From Zygophlyctis sp. KS116 (Eukaryota > Fungi > Chytridiomycota), in assembly GCA_054661495.1 (NCBI GenBank), contig BAAFSQ010000183.1, positions 1 through 20,187 of the forward strand: a stretch of DNA of 20,187 bases, in the 5' to 3' direction. A program made the position numbers and the translations under genes. Positions within the stretch are counted from its first letter, which is position 1; the number at the start of each line of letters is the position of its first letter. The notes beneath the pieces were generated by a model. The model did no database searches. It had not been told where the DNA came from and saw only the letters and a program-made list of their open reading frames with translations. Shown here piece by piece: positions 1 through 10,828 of the stretch.

Positions 1-1545
1 GATCTTCCAAGCAGAGGATCTGGAGAGAATGACTGTGATAGTGGGTTAGAGAATGCTATTTTGGGTTTTGGTATTAAAAAAGGTCCATTTTTCAAGTCCA
101 ATGGGTTATCAGTGTTTTCATTTGATTTCTTTTGAGCAGGTTTTGGAGTGCATGAAACCCAAGAGTCTAACATTGGTTCATAGCGCAAATCGAATTTAGT
201 GCTATACGCAGGATTTAGTTTAACATGATCTTTGAGATTAGCAAGCAAAGACTGACACTTTTCTAAATGAATTCGATCTTCATTTTTTAATATTTTATGT
301 TCCAAAAATACCAAGATTTTGATTGCAGCCTCATAATATGAATAGTATTCCAAATGCTGAGCGATTATTATGAATTGTGCCTCTGATATATTTTCGACCT
401 TATCAATGTGTTGATCTATTAATAATTCAGACAGATGTGAACACCAAAGCCCCATAGATTCTTTAGATATATTTTCAAGATAAGAAATCCCTTGAACCAA
501 TAATCCGATTGCAATTTCTATTGGCAATTTAAGAATATGAACCAACCCATTCATTAAATCACATATTTGAAAAGAAACATCACTCAATATACGAGATTCA
601 GACTGAAACATTGCATTAAAGTATGAAAAATGTGAATGACACACTTTCAAATTAAGTAAATCCGACCTATTATAATTAATAGCATCAATAATAATCTGAA
701 TCAGGCTTTTTAAGAGATGTACTTTATACTTTTCATCAATCACAGAATAAATATATTCATCTCCTACATCTCTCTCTGTAACATTTGACGAAACAAACTC
801 AAACCATGCTTGTTTCTTGTTCCAAATTTCAACACAATTTCCAATAAATTGAACATTATCCAAACTTGATGATCCCGTTAATTTCCAATGGGCTTTTAAT
901 AATTCAAATCCCTTGATATTTAAACTTTTCAAATACCTGATATGACAACTTTTTATCAAGACATGCATCAATCATACTTTTTATAATCCATGGAATCTTT
1001 AAATACTTTATATGCAACTCTACCAAATGCTGTAAAAGAACCCATCTTTTTTCTTAAAATAAATTAAATTACCTTCTAAATTGAAATGGTATATTTCTAT
1101 ACCAAACTTCTTCTAAAACGTGAGCGTGATCTAAACTTTGATCCATTGGTGCAGTTTTAGCAAGATTAAATGACGCAAACATGACTAATTTCTGAGGAAT
1201 TTTACAATCATGATCAGCCAATTTCTCCAAAATTTCATAAATAAAATTATCAACAACATTTTCCGCACGTTGAAGTATTTGCATGGATGAGCTCGTCCGG
1301 TTCAAATGATAATGTGTGCCACGAAACGTTGTTTGTGTAGAAATACTCTTTGACATTTCCAAGTTTGAAGATGGCGACACAGAACAGAACGCATTTAAAC
1401 TAGAAATTTTTGATTTAGTGTGCCTGAGTATTCTTTTAATCTTTCGTATATCATACTCATAACTCATTGCAGACGGTGGCACCAAAAATGTGGCACCAAT
1501 GAAGAAAATTTTCAAATCTTGAGTTAGGGTTACAGTTGCGACCAT
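1..1545 (-). CDS. Uncharacterised protein, 3'-partial (runs off the window start)
   Basis: Exons 1545(or 1467)..1073, 1045..937 and 911..<1. GT-AG introns at 1046-1072 (27 nt) and 912-936 (25 nt) join the 158-aa ORF to a stop-free frame of about 300 codons reaching position 1 (…WYRNIPFQFR|RWVLLQHLVEL…YEPMLDSWVSCTP…). The start may be the second ATG at 1467. No family recognised. Confidence 0.8.
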
Positions 1546-1591
1546 AAAATTTTTCTGGTTTTGAAATGAGTAAAATTTGATTGGTCGTTAA

Positions 1592-3140
1592 ATGCTCTCA
1601 AGTAATCAATTGAATTCAGCGACTGTAAAGGAAGTATCATTAAAGTCTCTTGATGGCGATAATAATTTTGAGGTTTGTGCCGGTCAGCGCATCAGTCTGC
1701 GGATCTTGTTGGTTTTAACTGGTCCAATCTCTGATGTTCAAGTTTATTTGGGAGTCAGGGGAACTGCAAGAGGGATCAAGAGCGATTTTAGTACTGAAGG
1801 CGCATGGTTTACAAAGAGATTAGCTACTTCGAATCAATTGATTTTTGATGGGACTGAAAAAGGAACGGGAGGAATTTTGCATGGTGGCACTCATGGTTTT
1901 GATCTGAATTTAAATATTGATGATGTAAAAGAAGAAGGGATCGATGTCCTTCCTCCAAGTTTTAGATGCGAAGATGATGGGATATTAATCTATGTTAAAT
2001 ATCTTATAAAGGTTTTAGTGGTTTGGCCAGGGCCTTTAAATTCAAAGCTAAAAAAGGATGCTATTTCAGAACTTTATATTAGGGACTCTCCAAAACAATT
2101 TGCATTATGGCTTACTAATCCCTATCCATATCTATTCTCAAAATCTGGTCTTTCAGCCTTGACAAAACCAGTAGATCGGAGAAGAAAACCGGTTCATCAT
2201 AGTCATGAAATTGAATGGAATTTTGCATTCTCTAGACAGTCTGTGATTCCAGGTGATATTTTAAAATGTTTCTTTGTATTTAGAACCTCTATTCTTTCTC
2301 AAGTTTCTCAAGTTAGAGTTGCACTTTTGCAAAGAACAAAATACAAATCTCAATCTTTTGGATACATGGAATATCTAGATGGGACAAGACTTTTGGAAAA
2401 AGCTAGGATTATGGATAAGGAAGATGGTGTTTCTCAAGAGAAGCTTCTTGATTTTACACTAACTATTCCAAAGGATGCAAGTCCTACAATGCGCTTAGAG
2501 ACAATGTCACATGAATTTTATGTAATTTGTGAAGTCTTGTTTAAGGATCGATCACAGTATATGCGTTTAATTGAAGCACCACTCCGTATTACAAGTCATA
2601 AACCTAATATTTTGGAAAAGATTGAGTCTTTATCCTGTCAGAACCTAATTTCTTCATTGGAACCACCTAATCAGCCTTCAAAAAATAGTATGATTGTTGT
2701 GTATTCATTTTCTCCATCTACAGAAGACGAAATTCTATTAGAATTGGGTGATTTATGTGACATACTGTATTTTATATATTTTTAATCTTAGGAAATCATT
2801 TGATGATGGATGGAGCATAGTTTTCAACCATACAAAATTCAAAAAAGGACTGGTTCCTACTTTTTCGCTTTCCTTCCCTCTAATTCTTCCTACACTCCAT
2901 AATGAAGATAAACTTATTGGAAAACACATGCAAACTATTATAGGAGATTTAAGAAGATTGTGCAAAATGGAGGAACGTTATTCACTACATCTTGAATGTC
3001 TGAACAGAGTTGATGATTCAAATCAAGTTACATGTCCTGAATTAGCATATCTACTTCATCCAAAATCTCGAATTACTCGTATTCTAAAGCATGGAGTGGA
3101 AGAATGCTCTTCTTGTATGGCTCATGAAGGTGTGCTCTAG
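1592..3140 (+). CDS. Arrestin-fold protein with C-terminal SH3 domain (507 aa)
   Basis: join(1592..2766,2792..3140), with a 25-nt GT-AG intron at 2767-2791. Arrestin-like motifs are present: GTHGFDL, LPPSF…IYVKYLIKV, VIPGD, LTIPKDASPT. The splice restores an SH3 pattern: VVYSFSPSTEDEILLELGDLCDIL|KSFDDGWS…KKGLVP. Confidence 0.8.
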
Positions 3141-3156
3141 GGTTAATAAAGTGAAA

Positions 3157-3944
3157 ATGAATGATGTTGAAATTGTAAACATTATAGCAATCTCCTTCTT
3201 TGCAATTATGATATGTGGCTATCACCTATATTTATATTATGTCCTGAGAAAAGACCGCAGTCGACTAGTCTATGGACTAACATCATCGGCCAGAAGAGTT
3301 TTTATCGCTCAAATCATGAATCGAAAGAATCAAATTCTTGGAGTTCAAACGTTAAGAAATTATGTAATGATGTCTTCTGCCATGGCCACTGCTGCCATGT
3401 ATGTAATTATCGGACTTTTAGCATTTCTTGGTGTTGTAAGCACCAAGCAGATTGATTTACAAAATTCACCAATCTCACTTAGCTTATTATATGATCCTTG
3501 GTTTGCTGGAAAAGTAATTCAATTTACCACTAAGACTAGGTTGTACTATTGATTGTGACTTTTATGTGCTCATTCTTTTACTTTTCACAAGCAATGAGGT
3601 TTCTAAACCATACTTGTATTCTTATGAATATAAATATAACTGATGACGAAGTTTCAAAGTTGGATAAGAATGCTTTATTAGCGTATCAGAGACTTAATGC
3701 AGATGTAGTAGGAGATATGATGAATCGAGGAGCTTATTGTAATACAGCTGGGTTTAGAATGTATTATCTATCTTTCCCAGTTATAGCTTGGATAGGAGGA
3801 GGATATTATATGATTGCGGCTACTTGTGTTTTGGTTTTTGTATTGAGACAAGTGGATTTTAATTTGGAAGATAAGCCTGGCAGAAGGAGTGCAAATGACA
3901 CTGCTCAGGATATTATAGAAATGTCTGAAAAGTCTGATGACTAA
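3157..3944 (+). CDS. DUF599-like multi-pass membrane protein (253 aa)
   Basis: join(3157..3513,3540..3944), with a 26-nt intron at 3514-3539. Family-like motifs YHLYL, ILGVQTLRNYVMMSS, FFYFSQAMRFLNH and GFRMYYLSFPVIAWIGG, plus about four hydrophobic segments. Confidence 0.8.
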
Positions 3945-3969
3945 TAAATCGGAATTACTTTTATTAAAT

Positions 3970-4990
3970 ATGTTGATTGGACTTGTAGGTCCGGCTCTTG
4001 CTGGAAAGTCTACAATAGCTGAATATTTGGTTTGTCATTCTTTTACAAGGCTGCGTATTGTACACGGAGAGCCACAATCGGAGCATGAATTTAATTGTGC
4101 AGCACAAGTACTAGATTTTGTAATTTGCCAATGGAAAAATAATTTTGTATTGACTGGAATAGAAAAGTCTTCAGACTGGAAAGTACTTTTGAAAAGGCCA
4201 TTCTTTCTATTGATTGGAGTGGAATGTCCGGTTGGTGTTAGATTTCAGCGTGGAAATGGGCATCTTTCATTAGAGGAATTCGTTCGACAAGAAGATCAGA
4301 GTATCTACTGTGGAGAAATCGATAACTCAAAGAATGATGTAGTTGGAGGAATGATTGGGCTAAATCTGTCTGGAAATGCTTCATTATTCACTATTATGAA
4401 TCATGCTCATTTAAAGATTCTTAATATCTGCCAGAGTGTTTCAAACCTTTATAATTATCTGGATTATTTGGATTTGTTAAATCATGAAAGATTGAGGCCG
4501 AGTTGGGATACGTATTTTATGAAACTTTGTGATTTGGCAGCTAGTAGAAGCAATTGTATATAATCTATATTAAATTTTAGGCATGAAAAGACGGGTTGGA
4601 TGTATAGTCGTTAATGATAAGCGTATAATTGCAACTGGTTACAATGGGACACCTAGAGGTCTTCGGAATTGTAATGAGGGTGGATGTACACGGTGTAACT
4701 CGAATGCACCTTGTGGATCTTCACTAGATATGTGTCTTTGTTTACATGCAGAAGAGAATGCTCTTTTAGAAGCTGGAAGAGAAAGAGTGGAAAATGGGGG
4801 TCATGTCACACTGTATTGTAATACATGCCCATGTTTGGGATGTGCTAAAAAGATCATTCAAGTTGGTATAGATGAAGTAGTTTACTCTAAAGCATACGGT
4901 ATGGATATTTCAACAGAAACAATTTTCAAAGAAGCAGGAATAAAATTAAGACAATTTTCTCTTTTAGAAAACATTCAAATAGCCGAATAA
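3970..4990 (+). CDS. DCD1: dCMP deaminase with N-terminal P-loop domain (331 aa)
   Basis: join(3970..4555,4581..4990). The 25-nt intron at 4556-4580 restores RSNCMKRRVG. Motifs: RPSWDTYFM, TGYNGTPRG, HAEEN and PCLGC (Zn/catalytic), and N-terminal GPALAGKST. An upstream ATG at 3937 is possible but overlaps the previous gene. Confidence 0.95.
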
Positions 4991-4996
4991 AACAAA

Positions 4997-6329
4997 TTAA
5001 GTGCCATATTTCGCTATTCTTCTTCTTTCTGCATCTAATCGTGCTCCAATCATACCAACAGCAATTACAATTTGTTGTGGATGTCCAGTAATCTTGAATT
5101 GTCTTTCTTCTATAGATCCTGTAGTTACTCCGGGAGGCAAATCAAGCATTTCAATATCACAGCGTGAAACTCTACGAATTTCATTAATATGCCGACCAGC
5201 TTTCCCGATGAGTGCACCAACAAAGTTACTTGGAACATTAACCAATTGGCTAGGATAAGATGGGATATTACTTAATGATTCAACATTATGATTAGCGAAT
5301 GACAATGAAGATAATGCGGGATCATACAAATGACCATGTGGTAGAGGAAAAGAAGAATGCGAGTATACTGGATTTATAAGCTGCGGGGCCATATAAGAAG
5401 ATTGTGGATAATCCTGAGAGCCTGTATAAAAAGGCTGAGGATATCCAACAGGTGATACTTCATGAAATTGCGGAATTGCGAAAGAGTTATAATTAGAAGT
5501 TTGTCCATACGAAATTTGAGTATTAACAAAATTATTAGATTTAGCAGGGATAATCGGAGTTGCATCTATATAAGGTTTTGGAACGAATGGAACATTTGCA
5601 GCTACTGATGCAGGAAACTCTAAAATAATTTCACTAATCTAATCTTTGAATTTTAAGTAAAATTACCATTAATACCGCAATCCGTATAGACTCTGAATCA
5701 CCAATCATATTCATTTTCCTTTCAGTAGAATCCAATAACAATCCTTGCTCCGCACTTATCCTACAATTTGACAGTTTTTGAATTTCCTTGACTTTAATTG
5801 CCTTTTTTCCAATGATGGCTCCCATAATTTCATGAGGAATTAGAAATCTCAATGTCAGTTTCTTGAAAGCACTTTCATCCGTCTTATACTGTTGATTCTC
5901 TGCTTTAACTAGAATTTTTGCAACTTGATATATTGCTTGTGAAACTTCTTCAGGGAGTCCGATTGCAGTTAATATTCTATCTGATGAAGCCATAATCATT
6001 TCCGAAACTGAAACTTTAGCATTAGATATTTCCTTTATTGCCGCAATTGTAGATCCGGATTTACCAATTACCAAACCAGAATAACTTGTAGGAATCAATA
6101 GACGAAGAAGTACAGAGCTATTACTTTTAGTCTCATTTGGCTTGACTCTTTTAAATGGTTTTCTATCTTTGCCATCATCTTGCCCATCATCTTCTTTTAT
6201 CAATGGTTCATTCTCAATCTTGTCTTCAAACAACTGAGGATGATCAGTAACTATCAGTTCTGATTCTTCTTCGAGCGATCTTTTGCGATCTGCTAGGATC
6301 TGATCAATATCTTGTGCCTCTTGACTCAT
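4997..6329 (-). CDS. Triple-KH-domain RNA-binding protein (PCBP/Hek2/Pbp2/Rnc1-like, 434 aa)
   Basis: Exons 6329..5667 and 5638..4997, with a 28-nt intron at 5639-5666. KH1 GLVIGKSG, KH2 GAIIGKKA and KH3 GALIGKAG, with a P/Y/S/Q-rich linker between KH2 and KH3. Confidence 0.9.
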
Positions 6330-6467
6330 TCAGAAAATATAAATTCAATAGGATAGGTTTTGAAACTTGCATTAATTAGATGATATTATGTCTACAATCA
6401 AGACAATCTAATGGAAATGATGAATAAGATTTCAACAAACCAGATAATCCTCCGGACATGATATACC

Positions 6468-6481
6468 TCCGTATATACGGA
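6468..6481. promoter_or_regulatory. Perfect 14-bp palindrome TCCGTATATACGGA between divergent genes
   Basis: The palindrome is seen directly and has a CCG-N6-CGG layout. A regulatory role is inferred. Confidence 0.35.
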
Positions 6482-6517
6482 ATTTTTCTGGTTTTGGATT
6501 CTCTTTTGAGATTTAAA

Positions 6518-7519
6518 ATGAAATTTAAACTCAAGAAATGGAAACATGATGAATCAGATAAAAGGCTCTGGTTTTCTTCTTCACGAGTCTCTAGTATGAT
6601 GTCTTTTGAATCAATTACTGAAAAAAAGAAGTGGAATTTCTCATTTCTTAAAAAAACAAATAATATTACTACAAAACAAATAGAATCACAATCTACAATA
6701 ATCTTGGAAGATGAAGGTACAAGTTTACAAAACTTTATAGAACCTGTAGAAATCCAAAAAACACTAAAATCTACACCAGAATTATTGGAAAATCTATCAC
6801 AAATCACTATTAAACAATCTGAATTAAATTTATTAGAGTCTCCTTGTGAAATACCTCTAGGAAGAAATTTATTTACTCCTAAATTCAAAGGCATCCGATA
6901 CTTTCATTCAAGACAGTCTGGAAAGATTTCACCAGAGTATTTAATTAGAGAAAAACATAATTCTCGTAGAACTTGGAGTCCTACTGACCTTGATTCTGGA
7001 ATATGGAATTCTTTATCTCTACAAATACCACCATCTCCAGTTTTACTACCTGAAACTATTCAATCTCAAAATCAAATTTATATAAAACCTCAAGTCTCTA
7101 ATAGGAGTATAAAACAGACTGTAAATTCTATATTTCAAAAATTATTATCTGATCCATCAATTAAATCCCGTATTTCTAAAAAACCTTCAATTCAATCACT
7201 AGACAAGCCCAGAATTCCATATAACAATATTAAACACCTTCCAAACAATCTGAATGAACCATTAACAGAGAGCAGTAACATTGAAGTTTTTGAACAAGAA
7301 ATGATTTCTAGAATCAGGAAAAGGAATAAACGAGCGTGGACGTCTGAACCCAAAGAATCAAAGTCAACTTCAGAATGGTCAATATTTAGTTGGATGGGAG
7401 CACCCTCACTTACACTGAATGCATTAGCATTACCAACTCTTGTGATACCATTTACGCATTTTAGAGATCAGAGTCTTGATCATCATATTGAGCTATCGTC
7501 ACTTGGTTCCGACTGTTGA
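6518..7519 (+). CDS. Hypothetical S/K/I/P-rich, probably disordered protein (333 aa)
   Basis: Uninterrupted 1-kb ORF in AT-rich DNA. The start at 6518 (aaaATG) is preferred over 6458. No recognisable domain. Confidence 0.65.
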   Translation: MKFKLKKWKHDESDKRLWFSSSRVSSMMSFESITEKKKWNFSFLKKTNNITTKQIESQSTIILEDEGTSLQNFIEPVEIQKTLKSTPELLENLSQITIKQSELNLLESPCEIPLGRNLFTPKFKGIRYFHSRQSGKISPEYLIREKHNSRRTWSPTDLDSGIWNSLSLQIPPSPVLLPETIQSQNQIYIKPQVSNRSIKQTVNSIFQKLLSDPSIKSRISKKPSIQSLDKPRIPYNNIKHLPNNLNEPLTESSNIEVFEQEMISRIRKRNKRAWTSEPKESKSTSEWSIFSWMGAPSLTLNALALPTLVIPFTHFRDQSLDHHIELSSLGSDC

Positions 7520-7567
7520 TTATTAATAATTGCTTTTACATTTTGAATTTATACAAAAACTTGAAAA

Positions 7568-10022
7568 ATGATCAAGGATTTTGAGTCTGAGAGCTTCAAT
7601 GCAAAGAGCTATGCAAACAAGATACTTTCAGAATCTACAGCGTCAAACGGACTCTTGGAATTAGAAGAAAACATTTGTAACTTGAATCTAAAAATTCAAG
7701 AAATTATTCTGAATTCACAGGGAGAATTGATTTCAAACTCTTCTTTTAATAGTTTGGAAAAATCTACACTGGAATACAACTCACAACTGCAAGGAATTAA
7801 TAAGAAATTTCAGGGAATAAAGGAGAAATCACTCTTTTTATGGCAGGAAATGGCTAATAAATCTCTACAACTGGAATCTGAAATTGAAAAATCTAAAATT
7901 TCTAAAGCTTTAATCAGATTTCTAAATTTATACAAGAGACTAGAAAATTCAGAGTCTAATTCAGAGCCAAATTCAGGGATTTTACACGACTTGAATGCTA
8001 TTATAAAGGAATATGACTTGAAAAGAATTGAAATTGTACGAGAAAAAGTACAAGTAATTCAAGAATATCAGGAAAAAACTAATGATTTTGCTAAAAGTAG
8101 GCTAGAAAATGCTCTAGAAAGTTCAAATTTACAAGATATAATACTCGGATTAGGAATATTTTACAATTTAGATACTCTAGATACTAAAGTATTGGAAATT
8201 TTAGACTGCATTTTGAAAAATATTTCAAATCATGTAGAAAATGGACTTGATTCAGAGAATTTTGGGAAAATAATGAAGAGTGCTGTTAAAAGAGTACATG
8301 AACCGACAATTTCAGACGCTAATTCTAGAAATTGGATCAAGGAATTATGGGAAAATGTAGAGAAAATGACTCAAGGGATTTATAAGGAATGTGTAAAGGT
8401 ATGAAGATTTTTCTAAAGAATTGGTTTATAATTTGGAAAAAGGGCTGGAAGGAGTTGGGATGGAGTCAAATCAGGATGTTTTGGGAATGATTACAACTGT
8501 AAGTTTTTTAAAAAATTTAAATATTTTTTAGAAATTGCAAGAGCCAATAGGGATTTATTTTTGGAATAATTTTGCTAGTATTTTAGAAAAAGGGATAAGG
8601 CGTGCAATTAAAGGTATTTCTTTTTATAAAAATTATGCAAAGGATCAACTTTTTTACAGCAAACGTTTCAGGCAGAGTATCCTAGATTATTAAGGCTTTT
8701 TCATGATTTTTTAAGTCGGATTGCGTTAGTAAATGGTTATTTAGGACAAGATTTTTTAAAGAATCCGGAAAGTTTGTCTATTTTAAAGGTTTTGGCGAAT
8801 TTTGAATCTGCATATTTGTCAAAGTCTCTAACAAGGCTTTTGGATCCTATTAATTCTTGTTTTCCTGAAGGAGGCGGAGGACTATCAAAAATATCACCAA
8901 GAAAAGATGACGTAGACAAACTTGTGAGAATTATTGGATTGTACTTTATAATAATTTATTTTTAGGGAATTGGATGTGGTCAAATTTGATTCTCATTTAT
9001 TAAAAATGGTAGCAAAGCATGTTAATAAAGCTTTGGGATTATATCTCTTGAAAATGGAGCAACTTTTTTCTGTGTCAGGTACAGTATCTCATGCCCAGAC
9101 ATCAAATGTACATGTTGTAAACTGCTTATGGCATCTAAAAGAAACCTTTTATAGTCTATCAAACGACTATTATGGATCAAGTATTTTTGAATCTCTGTTG
9201 GATCAGACCGAGGTATTAAAGATTTCTGATATTTTAGTCAATTACAAATATTTTAAAACATATCGTTGAACAGCTATATCTTTCAATATCTAGAGAGCTT
9301 GAAAGCGTAATTTTGAAAATTCACAAGGACGATTATTTCAAGTATTTTTTATAAAGTTACACTATAGAAACAAGATAGTCTCTCCATCGACCAAATCAAC
9401 AAATGGCGGATTCCTTCGTGATTTTACAATCAAATTAAAATGGTTCCAAACAGAACTTCTCTGTAAAATAAACTGTAATGAGGAATCTAAATCATGGTAA
9501 TCTTTTGAAAATAATGGTAGGAATCAAGTTCTTGTTCAGCGAATTATAAAGATTTTCGTTCGACATGCTTCAATTGTCCGACCTCTTTCTGAGGATGGAA
9601 AAGTCAAACTTGCTGGCGAGATAACTCAATTTGAATTTTCACTATCCCAATTTTGTAATGGAGTTGGTATTAAATTAGAAACTGATTCTTTTCTATCTAA
9701 TTCTTACAAAATTCTACGGTCTTTCAAGCCTTTGCTTTTCCTGGAAACAAAACAACTTGTGGAAAAAAAGCAGATCGATTTTCTCCCTAAAATTATAGTT
9801 ATACATCACCTATTTGTACGTGCCTTTCCAAATCTATCATTACCACCTTGGCATTTCTCGTGGACAGAAGCTCAATACTCTGATTGGCTGGACAAACATG
9901 ACTCTGAAAGTCTAGGACTCCTATCTCGTTGCTGTGAAATATATGCAGAAGAAGTTAAGCGTCGTGGGGAAAAAGAATACTGCCTTGAGTATCCACTGAT
10001 CCTTCAATTGCTTAAACCGTAA
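7568..10022 (+). CDS. COG5: Conserved oligomeric Golgi complex subunit 5 (755 aa)
   Basis: Exons 7568-8398, 8424-8498, 8532-8613, 8643-8940, 8966-9212, 9238-9341, 9368-9496 and 9521-10022; the total is a multiple of 3 with no internal stops. COG5-like motifs: FNAKSYANKIL, GSTFLQQTFQAEYPRLLRLFHDF, FESAYLSKSLTRL, FVRHASIVRPLSEDGKVKLA, WTEAQYSDWLDKH. Confidence 0.9.
8399..8423 (+). other. Putative non-canonical GT-TG spliceosomal intron (25 nt) in COG5
   Basis: Sequence gtatgaagatttttctaaagaattg. It is the only short excision that keeps the frame and gives CVK|VYNLEKGL. Using the AG at 8417-8418 leads to premature stops. Confidence 0.55.
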
Positions 10023-10054
10023 AATAGGTTTAAACGTGCGAGAAAATAAATAAA

Positions 10055-10828
10055 ATGATTTTACTCACCATGGTATCTTTCCTCTCCTATTCATGTCTAC
10101 ATTTTGTGTCTGCACTTGCCTTTAGTAGATATAGTAAGAGACTAAAGACTCTATCCAGTGATGATAGAATCTATTTGGCTGAAAAGTAACTTAACTCTAC
10201 TTATTCTAGGATTTGCTCTTCGGTCAATGCATTGATAGTCGGCTATACAGGACTATCGTTGCTAATATTCAATGATGTTTTTGAAGATCCATGGGATAGC
10301 TTTCCCAGTCAGTTAGAGGTTCTGTACCCATTATACACTGGATATTGTTTGTATGATATGATTACCATGGCGTACCAAACTCAGCATTGGTCAATGTGGC
10401 TACATCACATACTGGGAGTAGCTGGATCTATTCTAACATTTTTTGGAAGAACTGGGGCATATTATTCAACTTGGTTCATGATCACTGAGACGACTGCAGT
10501 TTTTGACAATGCCAACTGGTACTTTAAAATATTATATATGCCTGATTTGGACACTTTATCAAAGCTGAAATGGAATCAGTTTTTAACAGTCACTAGAGCT
10601 TTATCATTTGTTATTACTAGACTCCCGATTGGTCCGTATAGTTTGTATAGAAGTAGTTTCAAGTTCAAAGATGACAAGGGACTCTTAAATGAATGGCTCT
10701 CACTTCCATTCTTCATATCTATTCCTGGATCAATGATTTTATTCTTGTTTACGTTTCTCAATACTGCCTGGACACTTGTCCTTTTAAAGAAGGCAATTGA
10801 TCGATTCAAGATCAAGAAAGTGGCTTAA
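10055..10828 (+). CDS. TLC (TRAM/LAG1/CLN8) domain membrane protein, TLCD4/TMEM56-like (249 aa)
   Basis: join(10055..10185,10210..10828), with a 24-nt intron at 10186-10209. Motifs KICSSVNAL, TGYCLYD, WLHH, ETTAVFDNANW, FVITR and LNTAW. Confidence 0.85.

Noticed and set aside
3091-3156. Coding overlaps arrestin/DUF599 (ATG 3091) and DUF599/DCD1 (ATG 3937)
   Set aside because: Downstream ATGs (3157 and 3970) fit the family N-termini better. The overlaps are not excluded but are unsupported.
3970-4500. P-loop domain fused to dCMP deaminase as a novelty
   Set aside because: An N-terminal kinase-like extension is the usual fungal DCD1 architecture.
6376-6430. Possible C/D snoRNA (ATGATGA at 6417) or hairpin
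   Set aside because: No appropriately placed D box or recognisable rRNA guide was found, and the stem is weak and AT-rich.
6376-6894. 172-aa minus-strand ORF
   Set aside because: It is mostly antisense to the longer plus-strand ORF and has no recognisable features.
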